DNA of 64,000 nt from Thermodesulfobacteriota bacterium (GCA_047518015.1 JAKZRS010000034.1:9382-73381), one strand, 5' to 3'; positions 31,161-42,054 are shown, counted from the stretch's first letter. The notes: generated by a model not told the origin, from the sequence alone. Made by a program: numbers and translations.

Positions 31161-32326
31161 TTGGAGAGTATCACCATCTCATTTCGGTGGATTATCTCGT
31201 CGCTGTACCTGTATCCAAGCACATCCTCTATTTCCGATGATTTCTTTCCGAGAATCTTCCTTACCTCTGAAGAACCGTAGGAACAAAGCCCCCTGGATAT
31301 CTCAACTGCGGAGGAATTAAAGCAGCTGACAAGCTCTCCTATTCCAAACTCCCCTTCAACTTCCTTTATGCCAGAAGGAAGAAGACTCCTACCTTTTTTG
31401 GTAATCGCCTCGGCCGCACCCTCGTCCAGTATAAGCTTCCCGTGGGGCTTAAGCGTATAGGCAATCCAGTGCTTTTTGCCTCTGAGTCTCTCCTTTGTCG
31501 GAAGTACTACGGTTCCGTACTCGTGGCCATTAAAAATGTTCAGCAGAGAATTTTCTCTTTTTCCGTTTGCGATTATAGTGGGTACTCCGAAGGCGGCGGC
31601 GGATTTTGCCGCCTGGATCTTGGTTCTCATCCCCCCGGAAGTGGTCTTGCCGAAAGTGTCTCCAGCAAAAGACTCTATTCTTGAATCTATCTCGGCAATT
31701 GTGGAAAGCAGCTTGGCGTCTTTGTCTTTGGCCGGATCCTTGTCGAAAAATCCTTCCACGTCGCTTAGCAACACTAGAAGATCCGCCTCAGTAAGGGAAA
31801 TCACAAGCGCCGCAAGGTTATCGTTATCACCGAACATGATCTCCTCGAAAGAGACCGTGTCGTTTTCGTTTATTACGGGAATTATTTCCATCTCAAGCAG
31901 CCGCCTTATGGTTTTTCTCGAATTAAGGAACCTTTTCCTGTCGGAGAATCCGTCACGGGTAAGGAGAATTTGCGCAACGTTCAGTCCGAATTTCGAAAAA
32001 GCCTCCTCGTAATTCCTGATAAGCTCGGTCTGGCCGCAGGCTGAGATCGCCTGTTTTACGTCTATTTCTCTTGGTTTGCTCGAAAGGCCGAGTTTCTTCA
32101 TGCCCGAAGCTATGGCTCCCGAAGAAACTATGATGGTCCTCACTCCCCTCTGCTTAAGGTTAAAAACCTGTCTTGCTATTTCCTTAAAAACGGACTCGTT
32201 AAGAGATCCGTCGTCGTGGGTAAGCACACTGCTTCCTATCTTGACGACTGCGGTCTTTACCTTTTTAATAAGGCTTTTTCTTTCCTGATCGTTCATGGCG
32301 GTCTCTATTTTACCCAAAAAATCCAT
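31157..32326 (-). CDS. proB: glutamate 5-kinase with C-terminal PUA domain
   Basis: VVKIGSSVLT kinase N-terminus and C-terminal PUA. Start set at MDFLGK (32326); an alternative is MNDQ (32296). The track ORF start at 32461 is an artefact: it reads through tRNA-Gly, and its GFEPATFS is the translated T-loop. Confidence 0.85.
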   Translation of the reverse strand: MDFLGKIETAMNDQERKSLIKKVKTAVVKIGSSVLTHDDGSLNESVFKEIARQVFNLKQRGVRTIIVSSGAIASGMKKLGLSSKPREIDVKQAISACGQTELIRNYEEAFSKFGLNVAQILLTRDGFSDRKRFLNSRKTIRRLLEMEIIPVINENDTVSFEEIMFGDNDNLAALVISLTEADLLVLLSDVEGFFDKDPAKDKDAKLLSTIAEIDSRIESFAGDTFGKTTSGGMRTKIQAAKSAAAFGVPTIIANGKRENSLLNIFNGHEYGTVVLPTKERLRGKKHWIAYTLKPHGKLILDEGAAEAITKKGRSLLPSGIKEVEGEFGIGELVSCFNSSAVEISRGLCSYGSSEVRKILGKKSSEIEDVLGYRYSDEIIHRNEMVILSK

Positions 32327-32377
32327 CCTATTTGACAATAACAACGGCCCTTGATATCTTTTCAGTTCGCTTTCGTT

Positions 32378-32454
32378 GCGGGAATAGCTCAGTTGGCTAG
32401 AGCGTCTCCTTGCCAAGGAGAAGGTCGCGGGTTCGAATCCCGTTTCCCGCTCCA
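32378..32454 (+). tRNA. tRNA-Gly (anticodon GCC)
   Basis: GCGGGAATAGCTCAGTTGGCTAGAGCGTCTCCTTGCCAAGGAGAAGGTCGCGGGTTCGAATCCCGTTTCCCGCTCCA. Cloverleaf folded by hand: 7-bp acceptor, anticodon loop TTGCCAA, encoded CCA. Confidence 0.85.
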
Positions 32455-32474
32455 CTTCCACAGATTCTCCTATT

Positions 32475-33212
32475 TCAGATCCCGGTTGCTTCGAAAAACT
32501 CGCCGATCTTCTCGCGGATCACTATATCAGCCTCGTCATCAAAAGGAGTCTCCATCAGATTTATGATCACAAGCGCGGCCCCTTTGGAAAGAGCCAAGCG
32601 AGGAAGTCCGCTTGCCGGAGCGACCAGAAGGGAAGAACCCATAACGATAAGAGTCTCGGAACTTGAGACTAGGTCAACCGATTTTTCCCACGGTTCTTCG
32701 GGAAGAGCTTCTCCGAAAAAAACGGCGTCGGGTTTCAAAATTCCCCCGCATTGGGAGCAAAGCGGAGGGTTTTCTCCCTTGGCAACGCTGCTCATCGCGT
32801 CTTCCATCGGATAATATTCCCGGCACTGGAGGCAGACGACACGCCTTAGGGAACCGTGGAGTTCAAACACATTCTCGGAACCCGCATTTGTGTGCAGGCC
32901 GTCCACGTTCTGCGTTACAACGCCCTTAAGCCAGCCCTTTTTCTCAAGACGCGCAAGCGCGTAGTGAGCCGCGTTGGGTTCGGCGGCCGCCCTCACCGGA
33001 TAGGATTCCATGGCGTACGAGTAGTAGTTCTCGGGATTTCTCAAAAACCCGGAGAGTGAGACCACCGACTGATCCATTTTTTCCCAGAGGCCGGTTCCGG
33101 GAGAACGGTAGTCGGGTATTCCAGATTCGGTGCTTATTCCGGCTCCCGTAAAGGCAACTGCCCCCTGGGTCTCCTCAAGCAGTTCCAAAAAGAGCTTAAC
33201 TTCTCTTTCCAT
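32475..33212 (-). CDS. cobB: NAD-dependent protein deacylase, Sir2 family
   Basis: GAGISTESGIPDYR NAD-binding motif; zinc ribbon CLQC ... CSQCGG. Confidence 0.8.
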   Translation of the reverse strand: MEREVKLFLELLEETQGAVAFTGAGISTESGIPDYRSPGTGLWEKMDQSVVSLSGFLRNPENYYSYAMESYPVRAAAEPNAAHYALARLEKKGWLKGVVTQNVDGLHTNAGSENVFELHGSLRRVVCLQCREYYPMEDAMSSVAKGENPPLCSQCGGILKPDAVFFGEALPEEPWEKSVDLVSSSETLIVMGSSLLVAPASGLPRLALSKGAALVIINLMETPFDDEADIVIREKIGEFFEATGI

Positions 33213-33227
33213 AAAGTACGCCCGGCA

Positions 33228-33833
33228 CTAACCAGCAAAAGCAAGAAAGTTCTGAGTTCCCTCAACGCTTCCGCACCATCTTCTAACCGACGGGTACACG
33301 TCCAGATCAAAACCCCCTTCCCCGCAAAGCATCGTGTAGGGATAGCACGCGATGTCGGCTATGGAGTAATCACCGCAAAGAAATTCGGTTCGGGAAAGGT
33401 GATCTTCAAGAATCGCAAGCGCGGCGTTTCCCTGCGCGTGAAGCTTCTCTATCGTTCCCGGCGGCACCTGGTCGGGAGGCAGGAACTTCACGAAATACCT
33501 GGCAAGCGCCAAGTTCGGATCTATAGTCGTCTTTCCGAAGAAAGCCCACTGCGCGATAAGACCGTAGGTCTCCGGGTCATCGGACAGGTAGGGGTTCGGA
33601 GAAAACTTCTTTGCCAGATAAAAAAGTATGGCGTTTGATTCCCACATGACAAAATTCCCGTCCGAAAGAGCCGGAATCTTGCAGTTGGGATTAAGCGCGG
33701 AGAATTCTTCTTTTTTATGTTCCCCCGCGAATATATCCACCGTTACTCCCTCGTATTCAACCGAAAGCTGGTGCAGTAGAAGCTTCGCCTTGTAGGCGTT
33801 TCCAGAAAGCGGGTGTTCGTACAATTTTATCAT
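33228..33833 (-). CDS. glutathione S-transferase
   Basis: 201 aa; N-terminal thioredoxin-like GST domain MIKLYEHPLSGNAYKAKLLL ... CKIPAL. Confidence 0.75.
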   Translation of the reverse strand: MIKLYEHPLSGNAYKAKLLLHQLSVEYEGVTVDIFAGEHKKEEFSALNPNCKIPALSDGNFVMWESNAILFYLAKKFSPNPYLSDDPETYGLIAQWAFFGKTTIDPNLALARYFVKFLPPDQVPPGTIEKLHAQGNAALAILEDHLSRTEFLCGDYSIADIACYPYTMLCGEGGFDLDVYPSVRRWCGSVEGTQNFLAFAG

Positions 33834-33834
33834 A

Positions 33835-34329
33835 TTAGTCTCTCACGTATTGTAAAAATTCTTCACTCAAGCGCTCAGAACCCAGCATCTCACGCAGAGC
33901 CTCCTTTCGGGGGAACACGTAGGTTACGGCGGCGCTTGCCAGCTCGGCTCCATCTTCATCCCTTATGACCGAATCGACCTCGACCCGCCTTCCCCTGATT
34001 TCCCTTATCTTTGCTCTCACGTCAAGGGTTCTGCCGCTTGGAACCTTTTTCATGTAAACCATGTCTATCTTTGCCGTAAGGGCAATCTTGCGGGTTTCAT
34101 TGAACATGGCCCAGAAAGAAACCTCGTCAACAAGTGTGCACTGCACTCCCCCGTGCACTATCCCCGGCCATCCGGAAAAATGCTCCTCGGTACATACGGT
34201 AGTGAATACCTCGTCGGTTTCCTGATCATGGAAAAACTTGAGGCGAAGCCCGTGCTCGTTGTGCGGGCCGCAGGCAAAGCAGTTATAGCCGGGAAGACCG
34301 GAGAGCACGTTTTCAATTTCCTTTATCAT
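33835..34329 (-). CDS. PaaI/4HBT-family hotdog-fold thioesterase
   Basis: 164 aa; hotdog signature GIVHGGVQCTLVDEV. Confidence 0.6.
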   Translation of the reverse strand: MIKEIENVLSGLPGYNCFACGPHNEHGLRLKFFHDQETDEVFTTVCTEEHFSGWPGIVHGGVQCTLVDEVSFWAMFNETRKIALTAKIDMVYMKKVPSGRTLDVRAKIREIRGRRVEVDSVIRDEDGAELASAAVTYVFPRKEALREMLGSERLSEEFLQYVRD

Positions 34330-36761
34330 CAGTCCCCCTCGGCAACTTTCGCAACCGCAGCCACAAGCTCGTCGGTCTCAAGGTTTATGACCTTTACCCC
34401 CTGGGTGCTGCGCCCCGTGTTGCGTATCTCGGAAACGCTCGTTCTTATAATTTTGCCGCCCTGATTGCTTATAAGCATTATTTCCGTGTCGTCACCCACC
34501 TGAAACGCCCCGACCACCCTTCCGTTTTTCTCGGTTATATTGACGGTCTTCACCCCAAGTCCTCCCCTCTTGGTAAGCCTGTACTCGGAGATTCTGGTAC
34601 GCTTGCCGTAACCCATCTCCGTTATGGTAAGTATCTGCGCGTTCTGGTTCCCTATGACCTCAAGGCTCACCACCTCGTCGCCTTCTCTGAGATTTATACC
34701 CTTAACGCCGATCGACACTCTGCCCACATTCCTTACATCAGTTCCCTTGAACCTGATCGCCTGGCCCTTTCTTGAAGTGAGCAGCACCTCGTCTTCCTCG
34801 GATGCAAGCGCCGCACCCACAAGCTCGTCCCCCTTGAGTATGTTAAGGGCGATTATTCCCCCTACGCGCGGGTGGGAATAGGCCTTAAGCTTCGTTTTCT
34901 TAACGATGCCGTTTCGAGTCGCCATGATTATGGAGACATCCTCAGTGAAGTCCTTGACGGGCAGTACGGCCGCCACCTTCTCCCCCTTGTCAAGGTTAAG
35001 GAGATTCACCATGGCTCTTCCGCGCGCCGTCGGGGAAGACTCCGGGACCTGATAAACCTTAAGCCAGTAGCATTTTCCGAAGCTTGAGAAAAACAGAATG
35101 CTGTTGTGTCTTGACGCCGTGAACAGATCATTAACGAAATCGGTGTCCCTGGTGCCCATTCCGGTTCTTCCCCTGCCTCCCCTTCTCTGGTTCCTGTAAA
35201 TGCTAAGCGGTATGCTCTTTATGTAACCCCCGTAGGTGGTGGTAACCACCATCTCCTCGTCGGTTATAAGATCCTCGATTGATATCTCCCCGACATCCTC
35301 GACGATCTCAGTTCTTCTCGCGTCCCCGAATTTCTCCCTGAGCTCTGTGAGTTCCTCGACCGCGAGATCAAGTATCAGCTTTTCGCTCCCGAGTATTTCC
35401 CTGAGTTTCGCCACGGTTTCTATAAGCTCGCGTCTTTCTTTAAGTATCTTGTCCCTCTCAAGCGCAGTAAGTCTCTGAAGACGCATCTCCAAAATGGCCT
35501 GGGCTTGGCGTTCCGAAAGCGAAAACGTCCGCACGAGACCAACTCTCGCGGCCGCCGGACTCTCGGAGCCTTTTATGAGTTCAACGATTTCATCCAGGTT
35601 ATCAAGAGCGATCTTGAACCCCTCGAGAAGGTGAAGGCGTTCCTCCGCCCTTCGAAGCTCGTACTGGGTTCTTCGGGTAATTACTTCCTTTCTGTGCTCT
35701 ATGAAATGGGCAAGGAGTTCCTTTAAGTTAAGAACCTTCGGCTGATTTCTCACAAGCGCGAGCATTATGATGCCAAACGAGGTGTACATCTGCGTATGCT
35801 TGTAAAGCTGGTTGAGAACCACCTGGGCGTGCTCCCCTCCCTTAACGTCGATAACGAACCTTATCCCTTCCCTGTCGGATTCATCCCTTATGTCGGAGAT
35901 GCCCTTTATCTTCTCCTCCCTCACTAACTCGGCAATTTTCTGGGCCAGCCGCGCCTTGTTAACCTGGTAGGGAAGCTCGGTGACGATTATCACATCCCTA
36001 TCCCCTTTTTTCTGCTTTTCTATGCGAACCTTGGCCCTCATTCTGACTATTCCGCGGCCGGTGGTGTAGGCGGAGCGGATATCATCGCGACCGCTCACAA
36101 AACCCCCCGTTGGAAAATCCGGTCCCGGCATGATCTCAATAAGCCTGTCGGTGGTGATGTCGGGGTTATGTATCTGGGCCACTACGGCGTCGAGAAGCTC
36201 CCCTAAGTTATGAGGAGGAATATTGGTCGCCATGCCCACCGCGATTCCCGAGGAACCGTTTAGAAGCAGGTTCGGCACCTTGGTAGGCAGTACGCTCGGC
36301 TCAAGTTCTCCCCCGTCGTAGTTCGGATAGAATTCGACCGTTTCCTTATCCAGATCCTCAAGCATCTCTGAAGAGATTCTTGAGAGCCTAACTTCTGTGT
36401 AGCGCATGGCCGCCGGGCTGTCCCCGTCAACGGAACCGAAATTGCCCTGTCCGTCGACAAGCGGAATTCTCATGGAAAAATCCTGCGCCATCCGGACAAG
36501 AGAATCGTAGATTGCTGAGTCTCCGTGAGGATGATATTTACCCATCACGTCTCCAACTACTCTAGCGGATTTCTTGTAAGGGCGGTTCCACACGTTTCCG
36601 ACCTCACTCATTCCGTAGAGGATTCTCCTGTGAACGGGTTTAAGTCCGTCACGCACGTCGGGAAGAGCCCTTCCGACTATCACGCTCATTGAGTAGCTGA
36701 GATAGGACTCCTTCATCTCATCTTCAATGTTTACAGTCTGCACTCTGGATAAAGTGTCCAT
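34329..36761 (-). CDS. gyrA: DNA gyrase subunit A
   Basis: 810 aa; N-terminus [26 protein letters not shown]; active-site region [11 protein letters not shown]; GyrA box QRRGGRG. Confidence 0.95.
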   Translation of the reverse strand: MDTLSRVQTVNIEDEMKESYLSYSMSVIVGRALPDVRDGLKPVHRRILYGMSEVGNVWNRPYKKSARVVGDVMGKYHPHGDSAIYDSLVRMAQDFSMRIPLVDGQGNFGSVDGDSPAAMRYTEVRLSRISSEMLEDLDKETVEFYPNYDGGELEPSVLPTKVPNLLLNGSSGIAVGMATNIPPHNLGELLDAVVAQIHNPDITTDRLIEIMPGPDFPTGGFVSGRDDIRSAYTTGRGIVRMRAKVRIEKQKKGDRDVIIVTELPYQVNKARLAQKIAELVREEKIKGISDIRDESDREGIRFVIDVKGGEHAQVVLNQLYKHTQMYTSFGIIMLALVRNQPKVLNLKELLAHFIEHRKEVITRRTQYELRRAEERLHLLEGFKIALDNLDEIVELIKGSESPAAARVGLVRTFSLSERQAQAILEMRLQRLTALERDKILKERRELIETVAKLREILGSEKLILDLAVEELTELREKFGDARRTEIVEDVGEISIEDLITDEEMVVTTTYGGYIKSIPLSIYRNQRRGGRGRTGMGTRDTDFVNDLFTASRHNSILFFSSFGKCYWLKVYQVPESSPTARGRAMVNLLNLDKGEKVAAVLPVKDFTEDVSIIMATRNGIVKKTKLKAYSHPRVGGIIALNILKGDELVGAALASEEDEVLLTSRKGQAIRFKGTDVRNVGRVSIGVKGINLREGDEVVSLEVIGNQNAQILTITEMGYGKRTRISEYRLTKRGGLGVKTVNITEKNGRVVGAFQVGDDTEIMLISNQGGKIIRTSVSEIRNTGRSTQGVKVINLETDELVAAVAKVAEGD

Positions 36762-36987
36762 TCCTGAAAAAAACCCTCCGGAGGAAAGAAAAAGGATGCT
36801 TGTGAGATAAACAGGTTAGTAAAGTATTTTACACGAATAAATCCACGGATTCCAGAGCCCAATGCAGACTTTGTCAGCAAATTATCTAGGCTCCGAAGTG
36901 CGCTGTGAAAAGGCGCAATAGCCTGCCAGCTTCAACAGATGGAATTCGTGCTATAATTAAGAGGGAAAGAGCAGGAGGCTAGCTAAA

Positions 36988-37776
36988 ATGCACAGATACT
37001 GCAAGCTGATGATCATATCGGTTGTTTTACTTGCCGCCTGCTCTGACCAAAGCGGTGAACCGGGCCAGATCGTCGAATGTGAAGGTTCGCTAGCACCGTG
37101 CACGTTTCAGGAAATAATACCTGCCATACTGCGCAGGCACCCTGTTACACCCCTAGAAACTCCGCCATTCACCATTGACTTAATAAAGGAGAGATACGGA
37201 GTTGAAGAAATAGATTGCTCCCACCCGATTATAAGCGACAACTCCGAATTTATCAGGATAGCTGGGCTTACTCCGGACCCGGACACAAAAATATGGTTCT
37301 CTCACGAAGAACTAGAAGAATACGAAGACATCGAAATCGCCTGGGAGTGTAATAACGGCGAGAGCTTTACCGAATACGTGAAGGGAAGCCCCAGATCAAC
37401 ATCAGAGTTTCATGTTATAGATCAAACGACACGATATGTAATAGTCGAAGGCACAGTAACGGACCCCGAAGTGCTTAAGCAGTTGGAGGCGTTATGGGAA
37501 AACTGCAAAGTTGGAACCGAACCACCCAACTTTACAGGCGTTTTTACGAGTGGTACGGGCTTTCTTCCCCCGGAAAATCAAAGCTTCTGCGTAACGCTTG
37601 ACATATTGCCCGGAGCGAAGCAGTGTTTTGCTAAAACCACTCCCCCTGAATTCATCGAATATTCAATGCATACCGACAATGAAAATGACCCAATAGAACA
37701 AACGGTCTCCGAAAACGACTATTGTTACCCCGAGGAGAATCCAGGCAGTCAAGCGGGAAGGATAAAAATATTCTGA
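36988..37776 (+). CDS. hypothetical lipoprotein
   Basis: Lipobox LLAACS; TATAAT and GCAGGAGG upstream; no recognisable family. Confidence 0.5.
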   Translation: MHRYCKLMIISVVLLAACSDQSGEPGQIVECEGSLAPCTFQEIIPAILRRHPVTPLETPPFTIDLIKERYGVEEIDCSHPIISDNSEFIRIAGLTPDPDTKIWFSHEELEEYEDIEIAWECNNGESFTEYVKGSPRSTSEFHVIDQTTRYVIVEGTVTDPEVLKQLEALWENCKVGTEPPNFTGVFTSGTGFLPPENQSFCVTLDILPGAKQCFAKTTPPEFIEYSMHTDNENDPIEQTVSENDYCYPEENPGSQAGRIKIF

Positions 37777-37861
37777 TACCCGCGCGACCGCTTGAAAATT
37801 GCAAACCTGATTGTGAACTCGGAGGAAATCCGGTTTTGCAGAAAAAGCCCGTATAATCGAC

Positions 37862-38410
37862 ATGCGCGTACTTACCGGACAATGCAAGGGGAAAATACTG
37901 AAGGTTCCCAAGGAAAAATCGCTCAGACCCACCGCGGCCAGAATAAAAAAATCCATGTTCGACATACTGGGTTCCGAAGTGCCGGGAACGAAGGTGCTTG
38001 ACCTGTTCTCGGGTTCGGGAAATTTGGGAATCGAAGCTCTAAGCCTAGGTGCCGGATCCTGCGTGTTCGTTGAGAAAAACCCCGCCACAGCGCGAATGAT
38101 CGCCCAGAACCTTCGTTCCTGCGGGTACGCTGAACAATCGAGAATACTCAATTTTGATTTCAGAAGAGCATTGAGTATGTTAAGTGCGAAAAATTGTGGG
38201 TTCGATCTTGTGTTCATTGATCCTCCATATGAGTTTTACGAAAGAACAGAACCGCACACGCTTGCCCGCGAGATACGAAGCGTCGTCGGGGAGAAAGGAA
38301 TCATGGTCATTGAACATCCGTCGGGAAACGTGATGAAATCTGAAGGATTTGACGTGAGAACCAGAAAATACGGGGGTACCTCCGTAAGTTTTATAAGGAG
38401 ACTCAATTGA
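37862..38410 (+). CDS. rsmD: 16S rRNA (guanine966-N2)-methyltransferase
   Basis: DLFSGSGNLGIEALSLGA SAM motif and FIDPPY. Confidence 0.85.
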   Translation: MRVLTGQCKGKILKVPKEKSLRPTAARIKKSMFDILGSEVPGTKVLDLFSGSGNLGIEALSLGAGSCVFVEKNPATARMIAQNLRSCGYAEQSRILNFDFRRALSMLSAKNCGFDLVFIDPPYEFYERTEPHTLAREIRSVVGEKGIMVIEHPSGNVMKSEGFDVRTRKYGGTSVSFIRRLN

Positions 38411-38910
38411 ACGGCAAGACAGTAATCTATCCGGGTTCCTTTGACCCTTTTACAAACGGGCACCTGAACATAATTGCCCGGGCGGCGGGAATCTTCGAGA
38501 AAATCATAATCTCGGTTGGACACAACATTTCCAAGAAAACGACGCTTTCAACCGAAGAAAGGGTGTCTCTGATCGCCGAGGTGACCAAGGATTATCCTAA
38601 CATTGAGGTTGAAAGCTTCGAAGGGCTTCTGGTCGACTACATAAGAAAAAAGGAAACCAACACCGTCTTGCGCGGAATGAGATGCCATTCGGACTTTGAA
38701 TACGAACTTCAGATGGCCACTGCGAACAAACTTATGAACGAAGAGGTGGAAACGCTGTTTATGGTGACCGAAAGCCAATTCTCTCACATAAGTTCATCCC
38801 TCATAAAGGAAATAATTTCCCTGGGAGGTTCCGCAGAGGGTTTCGTGCCGGCGGTAGTTGAAGAGAAACTAATCGAGAAACTCCGCCCGGCAGGAAGGCG
38901 GAAGAAATGA
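38407..38910 (+). CDS. coaD: phosphopantetheine adenylyltransferase
   Basis: TTG start overlapping the rsmD stop; YPGSFDPFTNGHLNII (T/HxGH). Confidence 0.9.
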   Translation: MNGKTVIYPGSFDPFTNGHLNIIARAAGIFEKIIISVGHNISKKTTLSTEERVSLIAEVTKDYPNIEVESFEGLLVDYIRKKETNTVLRGMRCHSDFEYELQMATANKLMNEEVETLFMVTESQFSHISSSLIKEIISLGGSAEGFVPAVVEEKLIEKLRPAGRRKK

Positions 38911-40109
38911 TAACAATGAAACTTTCAGAAAGGGTCAGCAACCTAAAACCGTCAGCTACGCTTACGATAACGGCAAAAGCAAAGTCGCTTCGCGCCCAGG
39001 GAGTCGACATCATAGGGTTCGGAGCTGGAGAACCTGACTTCGACACTCCCGAGCACGTGAAAAGAGAGGGCATAGCCGCGATTAAAAGCGGCTTTACCAA
39101 ATATACCGCCGTGGGCGGAATAGATGAGCTAAAAGACGCGATAGCGGCGTCTTTGAAAAAAGATCACGGCCTTGAGTACTCAAGAGACGAGATACTGGTT
39201 TCCTGCGGAGCGAAACACTCGATATACAATATCACCCAGACGCTTTTTGAACCTGGAGACGAAGTCATAATTCCGGCCCCTTACTGGGTTTCCTATCCTG
39301 ACCAGGTGGCGCTAACGGGCGCAACCCCGGTAATCATAGACACAGACGAGCGGGAACTTTTCAAAATCACCCCTAAGCAGCTTGAAGCGGAAATAAATGA
39401 ACAAACGCGGGCCCTTATTCTCAACTATCCTTCAAATCCCACGGGGACTACGTATTCGCGCGGGGAACTTGAGGAAATAGTCAAAATCGCCCTTGACGCC
39501 GGTCTGATTATAATCTCAGATGAGATATACGAGAAAATAATCTACGGGGAAACAGAACACGTATCCGTTTGCTCTCTTAGCGACAAAGCGAGAAAATCCA
39601 CCATCCTCGTAAACGGAGTATCCAAATCCTACTCAATGACCGGGTGGCGTATAGGATACGCGGCGGGAGATAAAAGAGTAATAAGCGCGATGGCGAAGCT
39701 TCAGGGCCAGTCAACCTCAAACCCCTCGTCAATCTCGCAGATGGCCGCCCTTGAGGCGTTTTGCGGACCGCAGGACCTGCTTAATAAAAGGGCAAGCGAA
39801 TTTGAGAGAAGGAAAAACTTCATAGTAAAAAGGCTAAATGAAATCCCGGGATTTACGTGCTTTGACCCCATGGGAGCGTTCTACGTGTTTCCGAGCATAA
39901 GAGGTTTCGTTGGAAAAAGATACGGAAACAAGAAGATTGACGGATCCGTTTCGTTTACCGAATTTCTGCTTGAAGAAGCGAAAGTGGCTGTCGTGCCGGG
40001 CATAGCCTTTGGAAAGGAAGACTATCTCAGGATATCTTACGCGACATCCATGGAGAATATAGAAGAGGGCCTAAACAGAATCGAAGAGGCGGTAAAAACC
40101 CTGCTCTGA
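38907..40109 (+). CDS. class I/II pyridoxal-phosphate aminotransferase (aspartate aminotransferase-like)
   Basis: 400 aa; fold-type I PLP aminotransferase pattern with SKSYSMTGWRIGY (Lys in SKS). Confidence 0.85.
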   Translation: MITMKLSERVSNLKPSATLTITAKAKSLRAQGVDIIGFGAGEPDFDTPEHVKREGIAAIKSGFTKYTAVGGIDELKDAIAASLKKDHGLEYSRDEILVSCGAKHSIYNITQTLFEPGDEVIIPAPYWVSYPDQVALTGATPVIIDTDERELFKITPKQLEAEINEQTRALILNYPSNPTGTTYSRGELEEIVKIALDAGLIIISDEIYEKIIYGETEHVSVCSLSDKARKSTILVNGVSKSYSMTGWRIGYAAGDKRVISAMAKLQGQSTSNPSSISQMAALEAFCGPQDLLNKRASEFERRKNFIVKRLNEIPGFTCFDPMGAFYVFPSIRGFVGKRYGNKKIDGSVSFTEFLLEEAKVAVVPGIAFGKEDYLRISYATSMENIEEGLNRIEEAVKTLL

Positions 40110-40216
40110 TTCCCAACAGAAGGAAACCTTAAAAAAAGCCGGCAGATTTTCTTAACCTTGAGCCCAGGTGACCTTAGACTTCCCCTTCTTGTCCTTTTTA
40201 AGAGCGAACCGTTTGT

Positions 40217-40576
40217 TCATCGACTGCCCTTCCCCATCCTGCCATTCACCACACCACCCCAGTAGCATGTCCGAACATATCCCTTTCCGATACACCTCTC
40301 GCCGGTGCCCAAGTTATAATAATATCCCGTTGCGCTATCGTAAGACCAAGGACTGTAATCGGTATTGTAACCCCTCATATCTCCGTCCGGTTCAATAGTT
40401 GCGTTCCAGTACGCCCCTGTCCTCGTATCAAAGCCATGAAAGTTCGTATTACCTTTAGAATCGGTATTCCAATAGTAGCTGTTTCCTGAGAACCAGTCGT
40501 GGCCTGCCCCGCTTTTTTGGGCATAAGCAGGGAAAGAAAATGCGGTCAGCAACATCAGCAATAACAGCAAAAACCT
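40217..40576 (-). CDS. hypothetical secreted Tyr/Gly-rich small protein
   Basis: Start at MRFLLLLLMLLTAFSFPAYA (signal peptide); mature part rich in Y, G, W, N. Confidence 0.4.
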   Translation of the reverse strand, partial: RFLLLLLMLLTAFSFPAYAQKSGAGHDWFSGNSYYWNTDSKGNTNFHGFDTRTGAYWNATIEPDGDMRGYNTDYSPWSYDSATGYYYNLGTGERCIGKGYVRTCYWGGVVNGRMGKGSR

Positions 40577-40855
40577 CATTTTGCTAAGATAACAGGTTTT
40601 GAGTATGTCCGCAAAATCCACCCGACAATGAAAAACCAGCACCTATAAATAAGCTCCCGAACTACTTTCAGCGGCTTTCCAGAGCATTATTTAGTGGAAA
40701 CCAGGATTTACGACCAGTTGTTTTTGAAACTCTTGCCGCATAGACGTTGCGATTGCTCTTAAGCTTGTCTTTGAGGGGGATAATCTGTACCATTTTCATA
40801 TTGAGGTGAGGGGTATGGGCAGGAAACTCTGTCAACTTTCCTTTATAATTTCCCA

Positions 40856-41974
40856 ATGAAGTCTTTTAAGATCGGCCTTTCCGCAACGCTTTCCGGACGC
40901 CACGCGGTTCAGGGCAAAGAAAGCCTTAAAGGAATAAAGTTTTTTACCGAGCACCTGCGTGAACAGGGAGGAATAAGAACGCCGGATGGGAAGCTCCCAG
41001 TGCCGGAGCTTATCTTCTACGACGACGCGAGCGTTCCTGAGAAAACAAGGGAGAACACCCTTCGCTTGATAGAAAAAGACAGGGTAGACATACTGCTCGG
41101 ACCATACTCAAGCAGCCTCACGCTTGCGTGCGTTGAGGTCGCCGAAAAAACGCAAAGAGTAGTGTGGAACTACGGCGGATCGCTTGACGACATTCCCGCC
41201 CGCGCCCGAGGGAAGACGGTAAGCGCCATAACCGAGGCGTCTTCCTACTTCCAGGTGATGGTGGATATGATCCATGGCCGCTATGCCGAGGCGGCCGAAA
41301 TCGCCGTTTTGCGCCTCGCGGAAAGCCGGTTTTCCCAGACAGTGAGCGAAGGAGCAGTGCTTCGCGCCGAAGAATTGGGGATGTCGGCGGCCGTTTATGA
41401 CTTTCCCTCCGGCACAGAAGATTTCTCCGCCATACTCACCCGCGCAAAAAACCGGGGCGCTTGCTGTGTGCTTTGCTGCGGGGGAATGGAAGACGACATA
41501 AATCTCGCCATATGGGTATCGAAAAACTCCGCTCACGGATTCGGGGTAGTGGCAACGCTCGCGGCCGCGGTAAACGAATTTGAAAAACGTCTCGGGCGGG
41601 AGGCCGACGGTTTCGTCTCGACAAGCCAGTGGGAACCAACGTTTTCTGTATCCGTGGATTTCGGTCCGAGTCCAAGGGAATTCTCAGACAAGTTCGCCTC
41701 CGCCTACGGATACGTTCCTGACTACACAGCCGCGCAGTCATACAACATGGGGCTTATAATCGAAAAACTGATTGAGAAGACGGGGGGAACAGACGAACAA
41801 GCGCTTCTGCGCGAAGCCCTGCGCTCTGAGTTTACGACTTTTTACGGAGATTTCCGTATCGACCCCGACACCCTCCGTCAGACAGGACACCGAATGTTGG
41901 TAACCCAGTGGCAGGATGGGGAGAAAAAAATAGTTTTTCCTCAAGAATATTCGAATTCCCGACTGATAGCCTGA
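40856..41974 (+). CDS. type I periplasmic-binding-protein-fold protein (Leu/Ile/Val-binding/AmiC-like), apparently lacking a signal peptide
   Basis: KIGLSATLSGRHAVQG ... DRVDILLGPYSS pattern of the Peripla_BP_6 family. No hydrophobic N-terminal leader. No ABC permease or ATPase genes nearby. Confidence 0.65.
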   Translation: MKSFKIGLSATLSGRHAVQGKESLKGIKFFTEHLREQGGIRTPDGKLPVPELIFYDDASVPEKTRENTLRLIEKDRVDILLGPYSSSLTLACVEVAEKTQRVVWNYGGSLDDIPARARGKTVSAITEASSYFQVMVDMIHGRYAEAAEIAVLRLAESRFSQTVSEGAVLRAEELGMSAAVYDFPSGTEDFSAILTRAKNRGACCVLCCGGMEDDINLAIWVSKNSAHGFGVVATLAAAVNEFEKRLGREADGFVSTSQWEPTFSVSVDFGPSPREFSDKFASAYGYVPDYTAAQSYNMGLIIEKLIEKTGGTDEQALLREALRSEFTTFYGDFRIDPDTLRQTGHRMLVTQWQDGEKKIVFPQEYSNSRLIA

Positions 41975-41978
41975 GGGG

Positions 41979-42054
41979 TGGTGGAGCCGATGGGGTTCGA
42001 ACCCACGACCTCATGAATGCCATTCATGCGCTCTCCCAACTGAGCTACGGCCCC
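41979..42054 (-). tRNA. tRNA-Ala (anticodon GGC)
   Basis: Minus strand GGGGCCGTAGCTCAGTTGGGAGAGCGCATGAATGGCATTCATGAGGTCGTGGGTTCGAACCCCATCGGCTCCACCA. G3:U70 wobble in the acceptor stem (the Ala identity element); anticodon loop ATGGCAT. Confidence 0.8.

Noticed and set aside
31157-32461. Track ORF for proB extends to 32461 with an N-terminal peptide MEVERETGFEPATFSLARRRSSQLSY
   Set aside because: That extension is the antisense reading through tRNA-Gly (32378-32454). GFEPA is the translated GGTTCGAATCC T-loop. The real proB start is an internal Met (32326 or 32296).
32475-33212. Sir2-family gene as a possible anti-phage defence (Thoeris/DSR-like) component
   Set aside because: It has the canonical sirtuin zinc ribbon (CxxC ... 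CxxC) and NAD-binding motifs of the CobB deacylase. It sits among housekeeping genes, with no TIR, SLOG or other defence partner.
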